64,000 bases of DNA from Candidatus Heimdallarchaeum aukensis (GCA_021513695.1 CP084166.1:384001-448000); one strand, 5' to 3'. Positions 50,505 to 61,529 are shown, counted from the stretch's first letter. Numbers and translations are program-made. The notes: generated by a model not told the origin, from the sequence alone.

Positions 50505-51326
50505 ATGGACAATTCTAATGATTCAATCAAGGAAATGAAACTTTTTTCAAATCAAACAAGAAGGGATTTGTTAAAACTTCTTGGAGAATCAGGAGGATTG
50601 TCTTTTACTAACATTAAAGAAGAATTGAGACTTACAGATGGAAGATTATATTTCCATCTAAAGAAATTAGAAGGCTATATTGAGAAAGATACACAAAATA
50701 ATTACAAATTAACTTTAGATGGTAAGAAAATCTATGATTCTTTGTTTTTTAGTCATATTAAAGAACAGAAAAAATTTGAAGAAGATGTTTCATCGAAATC
50801 TCTTAACAAAATCTTTCCAGAAGACATTGTTTATTATTTAATTGGAACAAAAACGAGAAGTATGATAGAATTAAATATGTTATTGTTAATTTTATGTTGG
50901 TTTTTTGCAGTTACAGACAGTTACTTTAGTTCTATTGAAACAATAGTTTTGGGGGGAGCTATAGTCAATTTTGTCATTAACCTTATCCATTGGTATTTTT
51001 ACTGTTTACTCATTTATATAATATTAAAAATTGCAAAGAAAGGAATAGACTTTGTAGAATTAACTATTGTTACAATAATAGGAATTGCCCCATATTTCCT
51101 CTATTTACTAATAAAAGGGATTTTGCAATTATTGAATATAGAAATAATTGGTTTGATAAATATTGTTCTGGTAATTTTATTTGTTATTTGTAAGATATGG
51201 TCTTCACTAATAATAGCACAAGGATTAACAGTCGTCTCAAAGATCCATCCATCACAATCTTTACTAGCTGTAATTTCATTAACAATTATTGATTATTTGT
51301 ATTTGTTTATTACTTTATCAATGTAA
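50505..51326 (+). CDS. N-terminal winged-helix DNA-binding domain fused to a polytopic membrane domain
   Basis: NQTRRDLLKLLGESGGLSFTNIKEELRLTDGRLYFHLKKLEGYI (ArsR/PadR-like wHTH), followed by about five hydrophobic helices. Confidence 0.45.
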   Translation: MDNSNDSIKEMKLFSNQTRRDLLKLLGESGGLSFTNIKEELRLTDGRLYFHLKKLEGYIEKDTQNNYKLTLDGKKIYDSLFFSHIKEQKKFEEDVSSKSLNKIFPEDIVYYLIGTKTRSMIELNMLLLILCWFFAVTDSYFSSIETIVLGGAIVNFVINLIHWYFYCLLIYIILKIAKKGIDFVELTIVTIIGIAPYFLYLLIKGILQLLNIEIIGLINIVLVILFVICKIWSSLIIAQGLTVVSKIHPSQSLLAVISLTIIDYLYLFITLSM

Positions 51327-51401
51327 TGATAGAACTTTAGAAAAATAAATAAGAAGAATAATAAAAAAGAAAGAGAAAAAATAAATAGAGAGCTGAAAAA
51401 C

Positions 51402-52070
51402 ATGGAAAAAAGAAATATACTGTCTCTGTTTCTACTAGTTGTAATAACTAGTTCTATAGTCGTCTCTGGGATGCTTACAATTAGAAATTATGAAGAAATA
51501 GTCGAAGATTTACATAACACTAATATTTTTCCTACCGAACCAATAGATAATGGAGATGACGATATAAAAACAGGAATATTAGAATTGTTTTATCTCGGCT
51601 CTGTTTCTGAAAATCAAGTTTTAAAAAGTATGACCAGTTATGGTCCCCCGAATGCGACAGAAACTTTGCAGAATGTTTGGATAAATGTTACAAAAATTGA
51701 ACTGGTAGGAAATGATTCAAGTTTAGTTAAGTTGTTTGAAGACCATGTCCAGCTTGATATAAAAAAGGCAGAAGAAGAAACAATATTCTTGTTTTCATTT
51801 AACATCACAGAAGGAACATACCCTGCAATTAAAATATTCTATGAAAACACTTTGATAGTAAAAACAACAGAAGGAACGGTTAAAACATATATAATTCAAG
51901 GATCGAACTTTCTAGTTATACCTTTCATGCAAGATAAGTACTCCACTAACCAATCAAATCTAGAAATATCGAAGAATGTAAAAAAATCTACCTACTTAGA
52001 TTTCAACGTGAATTTAATTTCATTTACTCAGTCAGCAGTAATAAATATACAAGCATTCTTAAGCCTTTAA
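51402..52070 (+). CDS. secreted/anchored hypothetical protein
   Basis: N-terminal hydrophobic signal/anchor and several N-x-S/T sequons. Confidence 0.4.
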   Translation: MEKRNILSLFLLVVITSSIVVSGMLTIRNYEEIVEDLHNTNIFPTEPIDNGDDDIKTGILELFYLGSVSENQVLKSMTSYGPPNATETLQNVWINVTKIELVGNDSSLVKLFEDHVQLDIKKAEEETIFLFSFNITEGTYPAIKIFYENTLIVKTTEGTVKTYIIQGSNFLVIPFMQDKYSTNQSNLEISKNVKKSTYLDFNVNLISFTQSAVINIQAFLSL

Positions 52071-52241
52071 GTAAAAAAAATTATTTTGCAGAGTCTATTT
52101 ATTTTTAGATATTTACAGTTTTAATTCTCACAGATTCACTTCATTATTTTTAAGAGATTATATCATATAAATAATTAATAGAAAATTTATAGAAGATACT
52201 AAGATAGTTTTTTATATCTTCTTTAATTTGAATGTATAATA

Positions 52242-53156
52242 ATGAAAATTGGTTTTTCTATTCCAATATCAGAAAATAATAAAAATCAGTTACATTATGT
52301 TAAAAATCTTAACGATTTAGGAATAGAACAATTTTGGATAGGAGATAATCCTCCTGTAAACAACGCTTTTCTCACTATTGAACATATTTTAAGTAGAATA
52401 GAAAAAATTACTTTAGGAACAGGAATTACTTCTCCCTTTTATTATTCTAAACAGACTTTAGTAGGCACAGTAGAGTATTTCATAAAAAATTATGGTAAAA
52501 GATTCATTTTGGGGTTGGGTTTTGGAAAAAAGAAGTCTTTTTTTGACAGTAATGAGAGATTAGATTTTAGAAAATTTCAATCTTACACTCATGAATTAGT
52601 AGAAACAGTTAGACACAGATTACAGAAAAACAATTTGCAAGATTCTTTTTCTTATGCTATAGGAGGTTTAGGTAATAGTATATCAAAATTTGCTATTCTC
52701 AATGCTGACATATTCTTGGTGAATAGTGCTTCTAAATATGATCTCAAGCGAATAAATAAGATATTCAACAGTTTTGATGATAAAAAGAAAAGCCAAGTGT
52801 TTCTTTATTGTATGATGGAAATAAGAGAGAAGAAAGAAAACATTTCTCTCAAATTATGGAATATAGTTAAAGACATAGCTCGCAACTCATCTCTAAATAT
52901 ATTGGAAGAGCATAACTACTCTCAAAGTATGATAGAAAAAATAAAGCAATTACCTCCAGAATACATGTTTAAAATTCCTGAAGGAGAAGTAGTTCATATA
53001 GTCAATGATTTTGCTTTGGTTGGTAAAATCGATGAATTAGCGGAAAAGGTTTCTAATTTAATGAAAACTTCTAAAATAATCGATGGCTTAATTTTTGGGT
53101 GGACCAACGAAATTTATGACTACAAAAAAATAGCTGATTTTCTAGAATTGCTTTGA
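52242..53156 (+). CDS. luciferase-like monooxygenase-family (F420-dependent-like) oxidoreductase
   Basis: MKIGFSIP...LGIEQFWIGDNPP...LGTGITSP...ILGLGFGKK matches the conserved N-terminal TIM-barrel pattern of LLM-family enzymes. Confidence 0.5.
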   Translation: MKIGFSIPISENNKNQLHYVKNLNDLGIEQFWIGDNPPVNNAFLTIEHILSRIEKITLGTGITSPFYYSKQTLVGTVEYFIKNYGKRFILGLGFGKKKSFFDSNERLDFRKFQSYTHELVETVRHRLQKNNLQDSFSYAIGGLGNSISKFAILNADIFLVNSASKYDLKRINKIFNSFDDKKKSQVFLYCMMEIREKKENISLKLWNIVKDIARNSSLNILEEHNYSQSMIEKIKQLPPEYMFKIPEGEVVHIVNDFALVGKIDELAEKVSNLMKTSKIIDGLIFGWTNEIYDYKKIADFLELL

Positions 53157-53211
53157 ATTACGCCAATTTATTTGAATATATTTAAATATTTAATTATTAA
53201 GCGAAAAATCT

Positions 53212-54174
53212 ATGAGCTCTTCAGATTTTGCTGTAGAAACCAATAGGTTAACAAAAGATTATGGATCATTAAGGGCAGTAAATGAAATTGATCTATCTAT
53301 TGAAAAATCAGAAATTTTTGGTTTGCTTGGTCCAAACGGTGCAGGAAAAACTACTACCATCAGGCTTCTTTCTGGAATGCTAACACCTACTTTTGGAAAA
53401 GCTAAAGTTTTAGGTATGGATTCTGTGGAAAAATCCCTCCAAATCAGAGAAAAAACAGGATTACTGACTGAAACCCCTTCGATTTATGACAGATTAACTG
53501 TTAGAGAAAACCTTACTTTCTTTGGTAGAATATATGGAGTTAAAACTGATTCCTTGAGAAAGAACATTGATAAATTGTTGGATATTTTTGATTTAGAGGA
53601 GAAAATAGATACAAAGGCAGGTACCTTATCAAAGGGTATGCGACAGAAAGTAGCAATAGCAAGAACACTTATTCATGATCCTGAACTCATATTTCTTGAT
53701 GAACCTACAGCTTCTCTTGCTCCTGAATCAGCTAAAGTTGTTAGAGATCTAATCCTTAATTTAGCAAAGGAGAGTAAAAAAACTTTCTTTATTGCAACAC
53801 ACAACCTCTATGAAGCTGAAATACTTTGTGATAGAGTAGCAATTATAAACAGAGGAAAAATTCTTGCAGTAGGAAAGCCTAAAGAACTCAAAGAAATGAT
53901 GAAGGGAGAAACATATACGATTATTAAATTCCAAGAATGGAACAAGGAAATAGAAAACTTTCTTGAAGCACATAATTACAAGATAAGTAATCTTGCCAAA
54001 GAAGAAAGAAAAATACACATAAAATTAAAGGACATTGAAAAAGAAACACCAGCTTTAATTAAAAAATTAATTGAGAATAATTACAACATTGTAGAAGTTT
54101 TCCACGAGAGACCTTCTTTAGAAAAGATCTATCTTGAACTAATAGAAAAAGAATCAAATGGAGGATTGAATTAG
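53212..54174 (+). CDS. ABC transporter ATP-binding protein
   Basis: Walker A GPNGAGKTT, signature LSKGMRQKVAIA and Walker B IFLDEPT. Confidence 0.9.
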   Translation: MSSSDFAVETNRLTKDYGSLRAVNEIDLSIEKSEIFGLLGPNGAGKTTTIRLLSGMLTPTFGKAKVLGMDSVEKSLQIREKTGLLTETPSIYDRLTVRENLTFFGRIYGVKTDSLRKNIDKLLDIFDLEEKIDTKAGTLSKGMRQKVAIARTLIHDPELIFLDEPTASLAPESAKVVRDLILNLAKESKKTFFIATHNLYEAEILCDRVAIINRGKILAVGKPKELKEMMKGETYTIIKFQEWNKEIENFLEAHNYKISNLAKEERKIHIKLKDIEKETPALIKKLIENNYNIVEVFHERPSLEKIYLELIEKESNGGLN

Positions 54175-54990
54175 ATGAGATGGGATAGAATTTGGGCTTT
54201 AGCTAAAAAAGATATTAAAGATTATACTAAATCTAAATATGTTTTCTTTACAATTATCTTCATGCCATTATTTCTTTCTCTTATAATGGCAATATCAGGT
54301 GTTTTACCACTAGTTAGTATTCCTGAAGATGAGGTCGATGAAGATGATTTTGCTTCTATCGATAATATTGTAGCAAATGTGGTAAAAGGCTGGAATGACT
54401 TTAATCCCAAACAGAAAATGCTAATTATTAGTGCTTATGGGATGCTATTCTTTGTTGCTCTCATACCAATAATTATACCGTCAATAATAGCTTCGGAAAC
54501 AATAGTAGGCGAAAAAGAAAGGAAAACAATGGAAGGATTAATTGCGTCTCCTCTCAGCGAAGGAGAGATAGTAGTAGGAAAAATAGTTTCTGCTTTTCTA
54601 CCCTCAATTATAGGAACAATTGTTGCTTCAATTGTTTATGCGGTAAGTGTTGATATTATGCTATATCGTGAGATAGGAAGACTTCTCTTTCCAGATCCTT
54701 TGATTATTTTATTTACATTCGTTATCAGCCCCATAACAACTATCCTTTGCGTAGAACTGATGATAATGATTTCAACAAAGATGTCAAGTGTAAGAGATGC
54801 CTATCAAATTGGTTCGCTTGTAGTTATGCCTGTGTTCTTCTTTGTTTTTCTTCAGATGGTGACCTTCTTCTTTTCAAGTTTATTATCAATACTAGCAGGA
54901 ACTACAATACTTATCCTATCTACAATTTTCTTCTACAAGCTTGCAGAGAATATTTTTGACAGAGAAAAAGCATTGGTAAAATTAGTTTGA
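54175..54990 (+). CDS. ABC-2 type transporter permease
   Basis: Start overlaps the ATPase stop (ttagATGa). Six hydrophobic helices. Confidence 0.65.
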   Translation: MRWDRIWALAKKDIKDYTKSKYVFFTIIFMPLFLSLIMAISGVLPLVSIPEDEVDEDDFASIDNIVANVVKGWNDFNPKQKMLIISAYGMLFFVALIPIIIPSIIASETIVGEKERKTMEGLIASPLSEGEIVVGKIVSAFLPSIIGTIVASIVYAVSVDIMLYREIGRLLFPDPLIILFTFVISPITTILCVELMIMISTKMSSVRDAYQIGSLVVMPVFFFVFLQMVTFFFSSLLSILAGTTILILSTIFFYKLAENIFDREKALVKLV

Positions 54991-55063
54991 TTTTCTTTTC
55001 TCTTTTTTATTTTTATTTTCAGAAAAATTTTTATTAAATATATAAGGATATAATTGAAGGGGT

Positions 55064-57118
55064 TTGAACAGAGCAAAAAAAATAGTACCTTTAGCTATAA
55101 TATTTGTTCAAATAATTCTTTTTACTAGCTTACAGTATAGTTCCGTCAATGCAGATGAGATTCAGTATAACGTAATTGGAATAAACATCAATTCCGATAG
55201 TGATTTTATTGATTTTGCAAGGACAGGAGCAGGAACTAAAGAAGATCCCTACATAATTTCAGGGTATCACTTTGAGTACTATGAAATTGGGATATTTATT
55301 TCACAAACAAGTAAATATGTCATAATAACTAACTGTTCTTTTTCTAACATCAAATATGAAGCAATAAGATTGTGGTCTGTCAAATCTGGAACAGTAAGAA
55401 TAGAAAACAATACGATTGTTAATGCAAAAGTGGGAATATTCCTATATGAAGCTCCAGATTGTACAATAATAAGTAATAAAATAATGAACTGTTCTGCTTT
55501 TGCAATTAAAGATGATTTTTCTAGAATAGGATCAAAAATTATGAACAATACACTTTATAACAACGAAGAAGGAATAACCATAAGTGAAACTAATTACACT
55601 CAAATACTGAATAATTACATAATTTACAGTAGAAATGTTGGCATTTATTTAATGGATACCACAAATGGAACAGAAATACATCATAACTTCTTCTTAAATG
55701 CTAACAAACCTGCTTTTACAACAGCTTGTAGTTATGGATATTATAATAATTGGACATCAAATTATTGGAGTGATTGGGATGGTTCAAGTCCATATAAAAT
55801 AGAGAGTAAATATGAACAAACTTTTGACACAAATCCTTTAAGTTTCGATGACTCTGATGGAGACAAAATAATCGATATTTTAGAACTTGTTATGGATATG
55901 AATCCAGAATCAACCGACAACGACTCTGATGAAATTTCAGATTATGATGAATTACTTATTTATGCAACAAACCCTAATACAATAGATACAGATGAAGATG
56001 GAATAACAGATTATGATGAAATATTTGTATATTTAACAAATCCGAATACACAAGATACAGATAAAGATGGAATAACAGATTATGATGAAGTATTTGTATA
56101 TCATACAGATCCGAATAAAAAAGACTCAGATGGTGATACCTTTTCAGATTATGAAGAAATATTACAGAAAACCAATCCTAGGAAAAGTTATAGTAATCCA
56201 ATTACAAAAAAATATTTGACAATCTTTCTTCCAATTTTTTCAGGTTTATTTGGTGTTGCATTTCTTTCAACTAGATATTACTCTAACTCAAAGAAAAACA
56301 AAATTAAGGTAATCTTTGACACATGGAATGAATTTTTCAATGAATGGGAAAAAATAATTGAACAGATAAATAAATCAGGAAATTCAGAAATAGAAGAAAT
56401 AATCTTTGAGGTAAATCAGTTAAAAGAAAAAAAAGTAGATGAGCTTGAATTTGTCAAAAAAATAGTAGCTCAATCAAAGAAACTACTTATAGAACATATG
56501 AAATTCAACGTTGAATTAAGTTTACAAAAATACAAAAAGCAAATAGAAATTTTTGTTAACCTACAGAGTAATTTGATTGATAAAGCTTTAATTACCCTTA
56601 ATCAAATAACAGAAAATACAATTCTTAATGCTGTAAAAGATTATTTGTGGATGAGATTCGTTTATTTGTATAGTACTACTAGCAAATCAGAAGCAATTAC
56701 CACTATTGAAGATGTGAGTGGAGATGCACTTTTTAACAAGTTCATTAAATTTTATAGATCTTTAGATTATGAGGAAAGACTGAAAAAAGAAATATCCAAC
56801 TTAGCAGAAGAAGTAAAATTTCAGATAAATCAAGCAAAAAAATATGAAATTGAGCTTATAGAAAGTTCAATAAACTCTATTATTGATTCTCTATTTGATA
56901 AATTTAATAAACTTGAGATCGATATAAATATTCTTCAAGAAAAAATCAAGGATATAAACATCGCTCAGATTAAACTAGATAATCCTTCCGAAACTTTTGT
57001 TAGAATCGAAAATATAGTAAAAGAAGAAGTGAACATACAAATGAAAGATAAAGAAGAGTCTATTCAGTCTAATCTTTTCTCTAATCAAGAAAAAGGGTTA
57101 AAGAATCCGCGTGAATAG
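55064..57118 (+). CDS. receptor-like type-I membrane protein: beta-helix plus TSP3-like Ca-binding repeats, TM, cytoplasmic coiled-coil domain
   Basis: Signal peptide. Parallel beta-helix-like repeats (NNTIVNAKVGIFLYEAPDCTIISNKIMNC...). Three or four D-x-D-x-DGxxDYDE repeats. TM helix YLTIFLPIFSGLFGVAFLS. About 290-aa cytoplasmic domain conserved with the next gene. TTG start with GGGG SD. Confidence 0.6.
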   Translation: MNRAKKIVPLAIIFVQIILFTSLQYSSVNADEIQYNVIGININSDSDFIDFARTGAGTKEDPYIISGYHFEYYEIGIFISQTSKYVIITNCSFSNIKYEAIRLWSVKSGTVRIENNTIVNAKVGIFLYEAPDCTIISNKIMNCSAFAIKDDFSRIGSKIMNNTLYNNEEGITISETNYTQILNNYIIYSRNVGIYLMDTTNGTEIHHNFFLNANKPAFTTACSYGYYNNWTSNYWSDWDGSSPYKIESKYEQTFDTNPLSFDDSDGDKIIDILELVMDMNPESTDNDSDEISDYDELLIYATNPNTIDTDEDGITDYDEIFVYLTNPNTQDTDKDGITDYDEVFVYHTDPNKKDSDGDTFSDYEEILQKTNPRKSYSNPITKKYLTIFLPIFSGLFGVAFLSTRYYSNSKKNKIKVIFDTWNEFFNEWEKIIEQINKSGNSEIEEIIFEVNQLKEKKVDELEFVKKIVAQSKKLLIEHMKFNVELSLQKYKKQIEIFVNLQSNLIDKALITLNQITENTILNAVKDYLWMRFVYLYSTTSKSEAITTIEDVSGDALFNKFIKFYRSLDYEERLKKEISNLAEEVKFQINQAKKYEIELIESSINSIIDSLFDKFNKLEIDINILQEKIKDINIAQIKLDNPSETFVRIENIVKEEVNIQMKDKEESIQSNLFSNQEKGLKNPRE

Positions 57119-57302
57119 CTTTATTTCTCTTTTATAGTTGATACTTTTATTACAATGAACTTACTCACAATCTCTCTCCAAAAATATGAAATATAATCTT
57201 TCTTCCTAATGAATCAAACATTATTTATAATCTAATTTCACTTTTCTTTTTTCAATTTTAGAAAAATTTTTATTAAAGGTACAAAGATATGATTGAAGGG
57301 GT

Positions 57303-59288
57303 TTGAAAATAAAAAAGTCAAAATCTAATCTGTTAGTTTTGTTTTTAATATTGTTCTTTACTAGTTCTACCTATTTTCATATAAAAGCAGATGATAATAC
57401 AAAATCAGGTTTTGCAATTCAAATCTCTTCTAACGATGAATTTTCTTTATTTTCAAAAGCAGGTAACGGAACTAAAGAAAATCCCTATGTTATCTCAGGA
57501 TATATCATTGAACACTTCGAAGCAGGTATTTTTATATCTCAAACAACCAAATTTTTCGTTATTACTAATTGTACTTTTCTTAATCTAAAATATGAAGCCA
57601 TACGAATAATGACAGTAGATGTTGGTAATGTTAGAATAGAAAATAATACGATTATTAATACAAAGTTTGGAATTTATATATATCAAGCTCCAAAAAGTAT
57701 TATTGTAAATAACAAAATCGTTAATTGCACTGTATCAGGAATAAGAGACGAATTTTCAGGAATAGGTTCTAAAATTGAAAACAACACTCTTTACAACAAT
57801 GAAGAAGCTATTACAATTTATTCAACAAATTATACTCAAATATTAAATAATTATATAATCAAAAGTCGGAAAGCTGGCATATTTCTATTGTGGAAACCAA
57901 ATGGAACAGAAATACATTATAACTTTATTCTAAACTCAGTAAAACCTTATATTGCAACTGCTCACAACGAAGGATTCAATAATAATTGGACATCAAATTA
58001 TTGGAATGACTGGAATGGAACAGGAGATTATCAAATAAGTAGCATTTATGAAACAACATTTGATAAAAATCCTTTGAGTTTTAATGACACTGATGGAGAT
58101 AAAATAATTGATATTTTGGAACTTGTAATGAATACAGATCCTTATGTGGTAGATAGCGACAATGACGGAATTGATGACTATAATGAATTGCTTAATTATG
58201 CAACAAACCCTAATGCCCAAGACAGTGATGGAGATGGAATATCTGATTATGACGAAATAATTGTATATACAACAAATCCCAATGCACAAGACACTGATGG
58301 AGATGGAATAACAGATTATGATGAAGTATTTGTTTATGGAACTGATGCAAAGAAACGAGATACTGATGGCGATACTTTTTCTGATTATGAAGAAATATTA
58401 ATGAAAACTAACCCTAAAAAAAGTTACAGTAATCCTATTATTAGAAGATATCTAACCATCTTAATTCCTACTTTTTCAGGAGTACTTGTTATTGCAGCTT
58501 TTTCAACTAGATACTATACCAACTCAAGGAGAAACAAAATTAAGGTGATTTTTGAAACATGGAATGAATTTTTCACTGAGTGGGAGAAAATAATTGAGCA
58601 GATAAACAATACAAAAAATTCAGAAGTTGAAGAAATAATATTTGAGGTAAAGGAACTTAAAAATAAGAAAATTGACGAACTTGAGCTTGTAAAGAAAATA
58701 ATCAGTCAAGCTAAAAAATTACTTATCAATCATATGAAGTTCAATGTTGAATTAAGCTTACAAAGATATAAAAAGCAAGCTGAAATTGTAATTAATCTAC
58801 AGAATAACTTAATTAGCCAAGCATTAACTGCTCTTAATCAAATAACAAAGAATACAATACTAAACGCTGTAAAAGATTACTTGTGGATGAGATTTGTTTA
58901 TCTATATAGCACAACAGAAAAATCTGAAGCCATAACTACTATTGAAGATATAAGTGGAGACACTCTTTTTAACAAGTTTGTCAAATTTTACAAATCATTA
59001 GATTATGAAGAGAGATTGAAAGAAGAAGTTGCTCATTTGGCAGAAGAAATCAAATATCAAATAAGAAAAGCCAAAGATTATGAAATTGATCTTTTAGAGA
59101 GTTCAATAAATTCAATTATAGACTCTTTACTTGATAAGTTTAACAAGCTTGAAGTTGATATTAATTTTCTTGAAGAAAAAATAAAAGACATTAGTGTTGA
59201 ACAGTCCAAGATCGATAATCCAAAAGATGCCTTCTTAAAAATAGAAAAAATAGTTAAAGAAGAAGTGAAAGAACAAAAAAGCAATTAA
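57303..59288 (+). CDS. receptor-like type-I membrane protein, tandem paralog of the previous gene
   Basis: Same architecture. The cytoplasmic domain is about 75% identical and the 5' UTR / start region is also conserved (aattgaaggggtttgaa). Confidence 0.6.
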   Translation: MKIKKSKSNLLVLFLILFFTSSTYFHIKADDNTKSGFAIQISSNDEFSLFSKAGNGTKENPYVISGYIIEHFEAGIFISQTTKFFVITNCTFLNLKYEAIRIMTVDVGNVRIENNTIINTKFGIYIYQAPKSIIVNNKIVNCTVSGIRDEFSGIGSKIENNTLYNNEEAITIYSTNYTQILNNYIIKSRKAGIFLLWKPNGTEIHYNFILNSVKPYIATAHNEGFNNNWTSNYWNDWNGTGDYQISSIYETTFDKNPLSFNDTDGDKIIDILELVMNTDPYVVDSDNDGIDDYNELLNYATNPNAQDSDGDGISDYDEIIVYTTNPNAQDTDGDGITDYDEVFVYGTDAKKRDTDGDTFSDYEEILMKTNPKKSYSNPIIRRYLTILIPTFSGVLVIAAFSTRYYTNSRRNKIKVIFETWNEFFTEWEKIIEQINNTKNSEVEEIIFEVKELKNKKIDELELVKKIISQAKKLLINHMKFNVELSLQRYKKQAEIVINLQNNLISQALTALNQITKNTILNAVKDYLWMRFVYLYSTTEKSEAITTIEDISGDTLFNKFVKFYKSLDYEERLKEEVAHLAEEIKYQIRKAKDYEIDLLESSINSIIDSLLDKFNKLEVDINFLEEKIKDISVEQSKIDNPKDAFLKIEKIVKEEVKEQKSN

Positions 59289-59295
59289 AAAGTTT

Positions 59296-60411
59296 CTAAT
59301 GTATCCTTAGATTAGGTGGAATAAGGTTTAGAACTCCACAGGCTGGACATTCTATTACTCCATTTTCGTTCATGTCTTTTAGATCTAAGAGTTCTCCACA
59401 ATTCCCTGCACAATACATGGGAATTAATTCTGGTCCTTCCTTTACTCCTTCAATTGCACTATTAATCTTTGGAATAACTTCTTTGTAGAGCCTTTCGTGT
59501 ATTTGATCCACTTCATAACCGTAGACCCATATAGCTATATTTCCACTTTTTTCTTTTCCTGTGATTATAAGTTCAACTATAGAAATATCTTTTTTTCCGA
59601 TTTGGGAGACAAACATCAGGTTTCCAATGAAATTTTCACTTGTATCCATTACTATCTGTTCGTTCACTGTTTTATAAGAATCAAATAAGGTTTTTAAAAC
59701 TTTAAAAGCGACTTTTGGCTTTGCATGGAATTCTATTGATCTTCCTAATGAATCGAGCTTGTTGTTCTTTAATTCCATTAAAGCTTCATAATAACCATTT
59801 TCTATTCTTTCTTTAAGTATTAAAGCTCGTTCCTCTCTTTTTTTGTAAGCTTCATAGATTAGTTCTGTAAATTCAGCTTGTTTTTTCTTAACTATTGTAA
59901 ATTTCGTTCCTTCATGTATCTTTACAGGGGGAAAAGGCAAGCTACCTATTATTTGAGACTGAACAATATATGGTTCTCTTAAAGTTGAAGGAACAATAAA
60001 GCTTAACGAAGTACCGTAATCGATTATTTTTCCAATGTTTCCCTCTCTTACTATTGAACTCCAATCTCCTCCAGGAATTGTAACTGTATCTGGAACAGCC
60101 AAAAACACAACATCTGCTCTCGGGGGAGCAGAAGATATTAAAGCTGTTACTTCTTCTCCATCACCTATTTCTCCTGCAATTCTTTTGTCCAAGTATATTA
60201 AAGGATTTTTTCCTTTTTTTACTATCTCATTGATTTCAGCAAAAACTGAACTAGTCCTTCCAATTGTAGAAGAAAAGAGAAGAGCATATTTTTCATCATC
60301 TGCAAGTTCTAATTCAGTATCTTCTGGTAAAACTATACCTATACCGTTTCTAAAAACTAGTTTAACTTTACATGTAACCGTTTTCACATTCCTCTCTAAG
60401 AAAATCCTCAC
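59296..60411 (-). CDS. hypothetical protein with C-terminal zinc ribbon
   Basis: C-terminal CAGNCGELLD...CPACG four-Cys ribbon. No other motif recognised. Confidence 0.45.
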   Translation of the reverse strand: MRIFLERNVKTVTCKVKLVFRNGIGIVLPEDTELELADDEKYALLFSSTIGRTSSVFAEINEIVKKGKNPLIYLDKRIAGEIGDGEEVTALISSAPPRADVVFLAVPDTVTIPGGDWSSIVREGNIGKIIDYGTSLSFIVPSTLREPYIVQSQIIGSLPFPPVKIHEGTKFTIVKKKQAEFTELIYEAYKKREERALILKERIENGYYEALMELKNNKLDSLGRSIEFHAKPKVAFKVLKTLFDSYKTVNEQIVMDTSENFIGNLMFVSQIGKKDISIVELIITGKEKSGNIAIWVYGYEVDQIHERLYKEVIPKINSAIEGVKEGPELIPMYCAGNCGELLDLKDMNENGVIECPACGVLNLIPPNLRIH

Positions 60412-60435
60412 ATTTATATTTTCCTATAAGAAAAT

Positions 60436-60543
60436 AGTACTTCCGAATTATCTCAAAAAGTATGAATTGAGAACACGCCAATGATAGTATGAACTCCTAT
60501 AATTTTAACCTATAGAAATCGGTCAACTTATTGCGGAAGTACT
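60436..60543 (-). mobile_element. MITE-like 108-bp element, copy B (inverted relative to copy A)
   Basis: Its reverse complement matches 50351-50458 with 2 mismatches. Lies 24 bp upstream of the start codon of the 59296-60411 gene. Confidence 0.6.
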
Positions 60544-60752
60544 AAAGAAAAAGAAAAAATAAAATTCTAAAAAGGTAGTTGGGGAAGAAATTCCAGAAAA
60601 TTAGCTAAAGTCCCATATAAGCCAAATAAAGAACCTAGAATTGAATAAACAAGTAAAGCATATTTTTGAAACCCAGAAATATTTATGCCTAACAAGGCTT
60701 CAAATTGTTTTTTATAGAATTTAACAGGAATATTAACAACAAAAAGTTGTTT

Positions 60753-61529
60753 TTAATTTTGTTCAAATTCTATTCTAATCTCATATGCAGTTTTTGAAGT
60801 CCAAATAGTTGGTGTGATGAAAAATTCTGCAACTATTTCTTCTTTATCTGGATCAAAATATACATTTCTTTCAGACGGGACAATATAACCAATTCCATTT
60901 GTAAAATAAGCTCTTACAGTCATTGAACCTTGATTAAGTCCATTTAGTTTTACTGTTGCTTCAGTTAATTTTTTACCCAATTTTTCTGTTGTCAAACTAT
61001 AAAGTCTAGCTTCTTCAGAACTAACTCTAGAGCAAGTAATTTCTAACTCATCCAGAGCATAACCAGTTTTTTTGATAAAAATAACTAATTTAAAGACTTC
61101 ATTAATACAAAAATTATATGGTACTTTTATCATTAAATTTCTACTATAGGTCTTTTCTTCTTTATCAACAGAGAGTGAAAGAGATTCTGTTTCTTCTGCT
61201 TCTTCGATCATTTCCAATTCAGGAGATTCAATTAATTTCTCATCAAGTGTCATAGGAGCAAAAGGAATAGGAGAGCGTACAGATTTTGGAAGTTCAGTTT
61301 CTTCTTCTGATGACATTGTTTTTACTGAAGAAGGAATAGAACGTCTTCTTTTTTTCTTACTTTTCTTATCTTTTCTAGATAATCTCATTTTATCCGTTAT
61401 TAGATCCTTTACATTTGAAGTGAAAATTTTCTCTTTTTGAAAATCTATCTTCTTAGAACTGAAAACAATAACAAATGTTACTAAGCTACTAACTAGAAAA
61501 ATTATTCCTAAAATAAAAGATGTTGACAT
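60753..61529 (-). CDS. N-terminally membrane-anchored hypothetical protein
   Basis: Single N-terminal TM helix (ILGIIFLVSSLVTFVIVF), followed by a basic/acidic linker and a globular domain. Confidence 0.4.
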   Translation of the reverse strand: MSTSFILGIIFLVSSLVTFVIVFSSKKIDFQKEKIFTSNVKDLITDKMRLSRKDKKSKKKRRRSIPSSVKTMSSEEETELPKSVRSPIPFAPMTLDEKLIESPELEMIEEAEETESLSLSVDKEEKTYSRNLMIKVPYNFCINEVFKLVIFIKKTGYALDELEITCSRVSSEEARLYSLTTEKLGKKLTEATVKLNGLNQGSMTVRAYFTNGIGYIVPSERNVYFDPDKEEIVAEFFITPTIWTSKTAYEIRIEFEQN

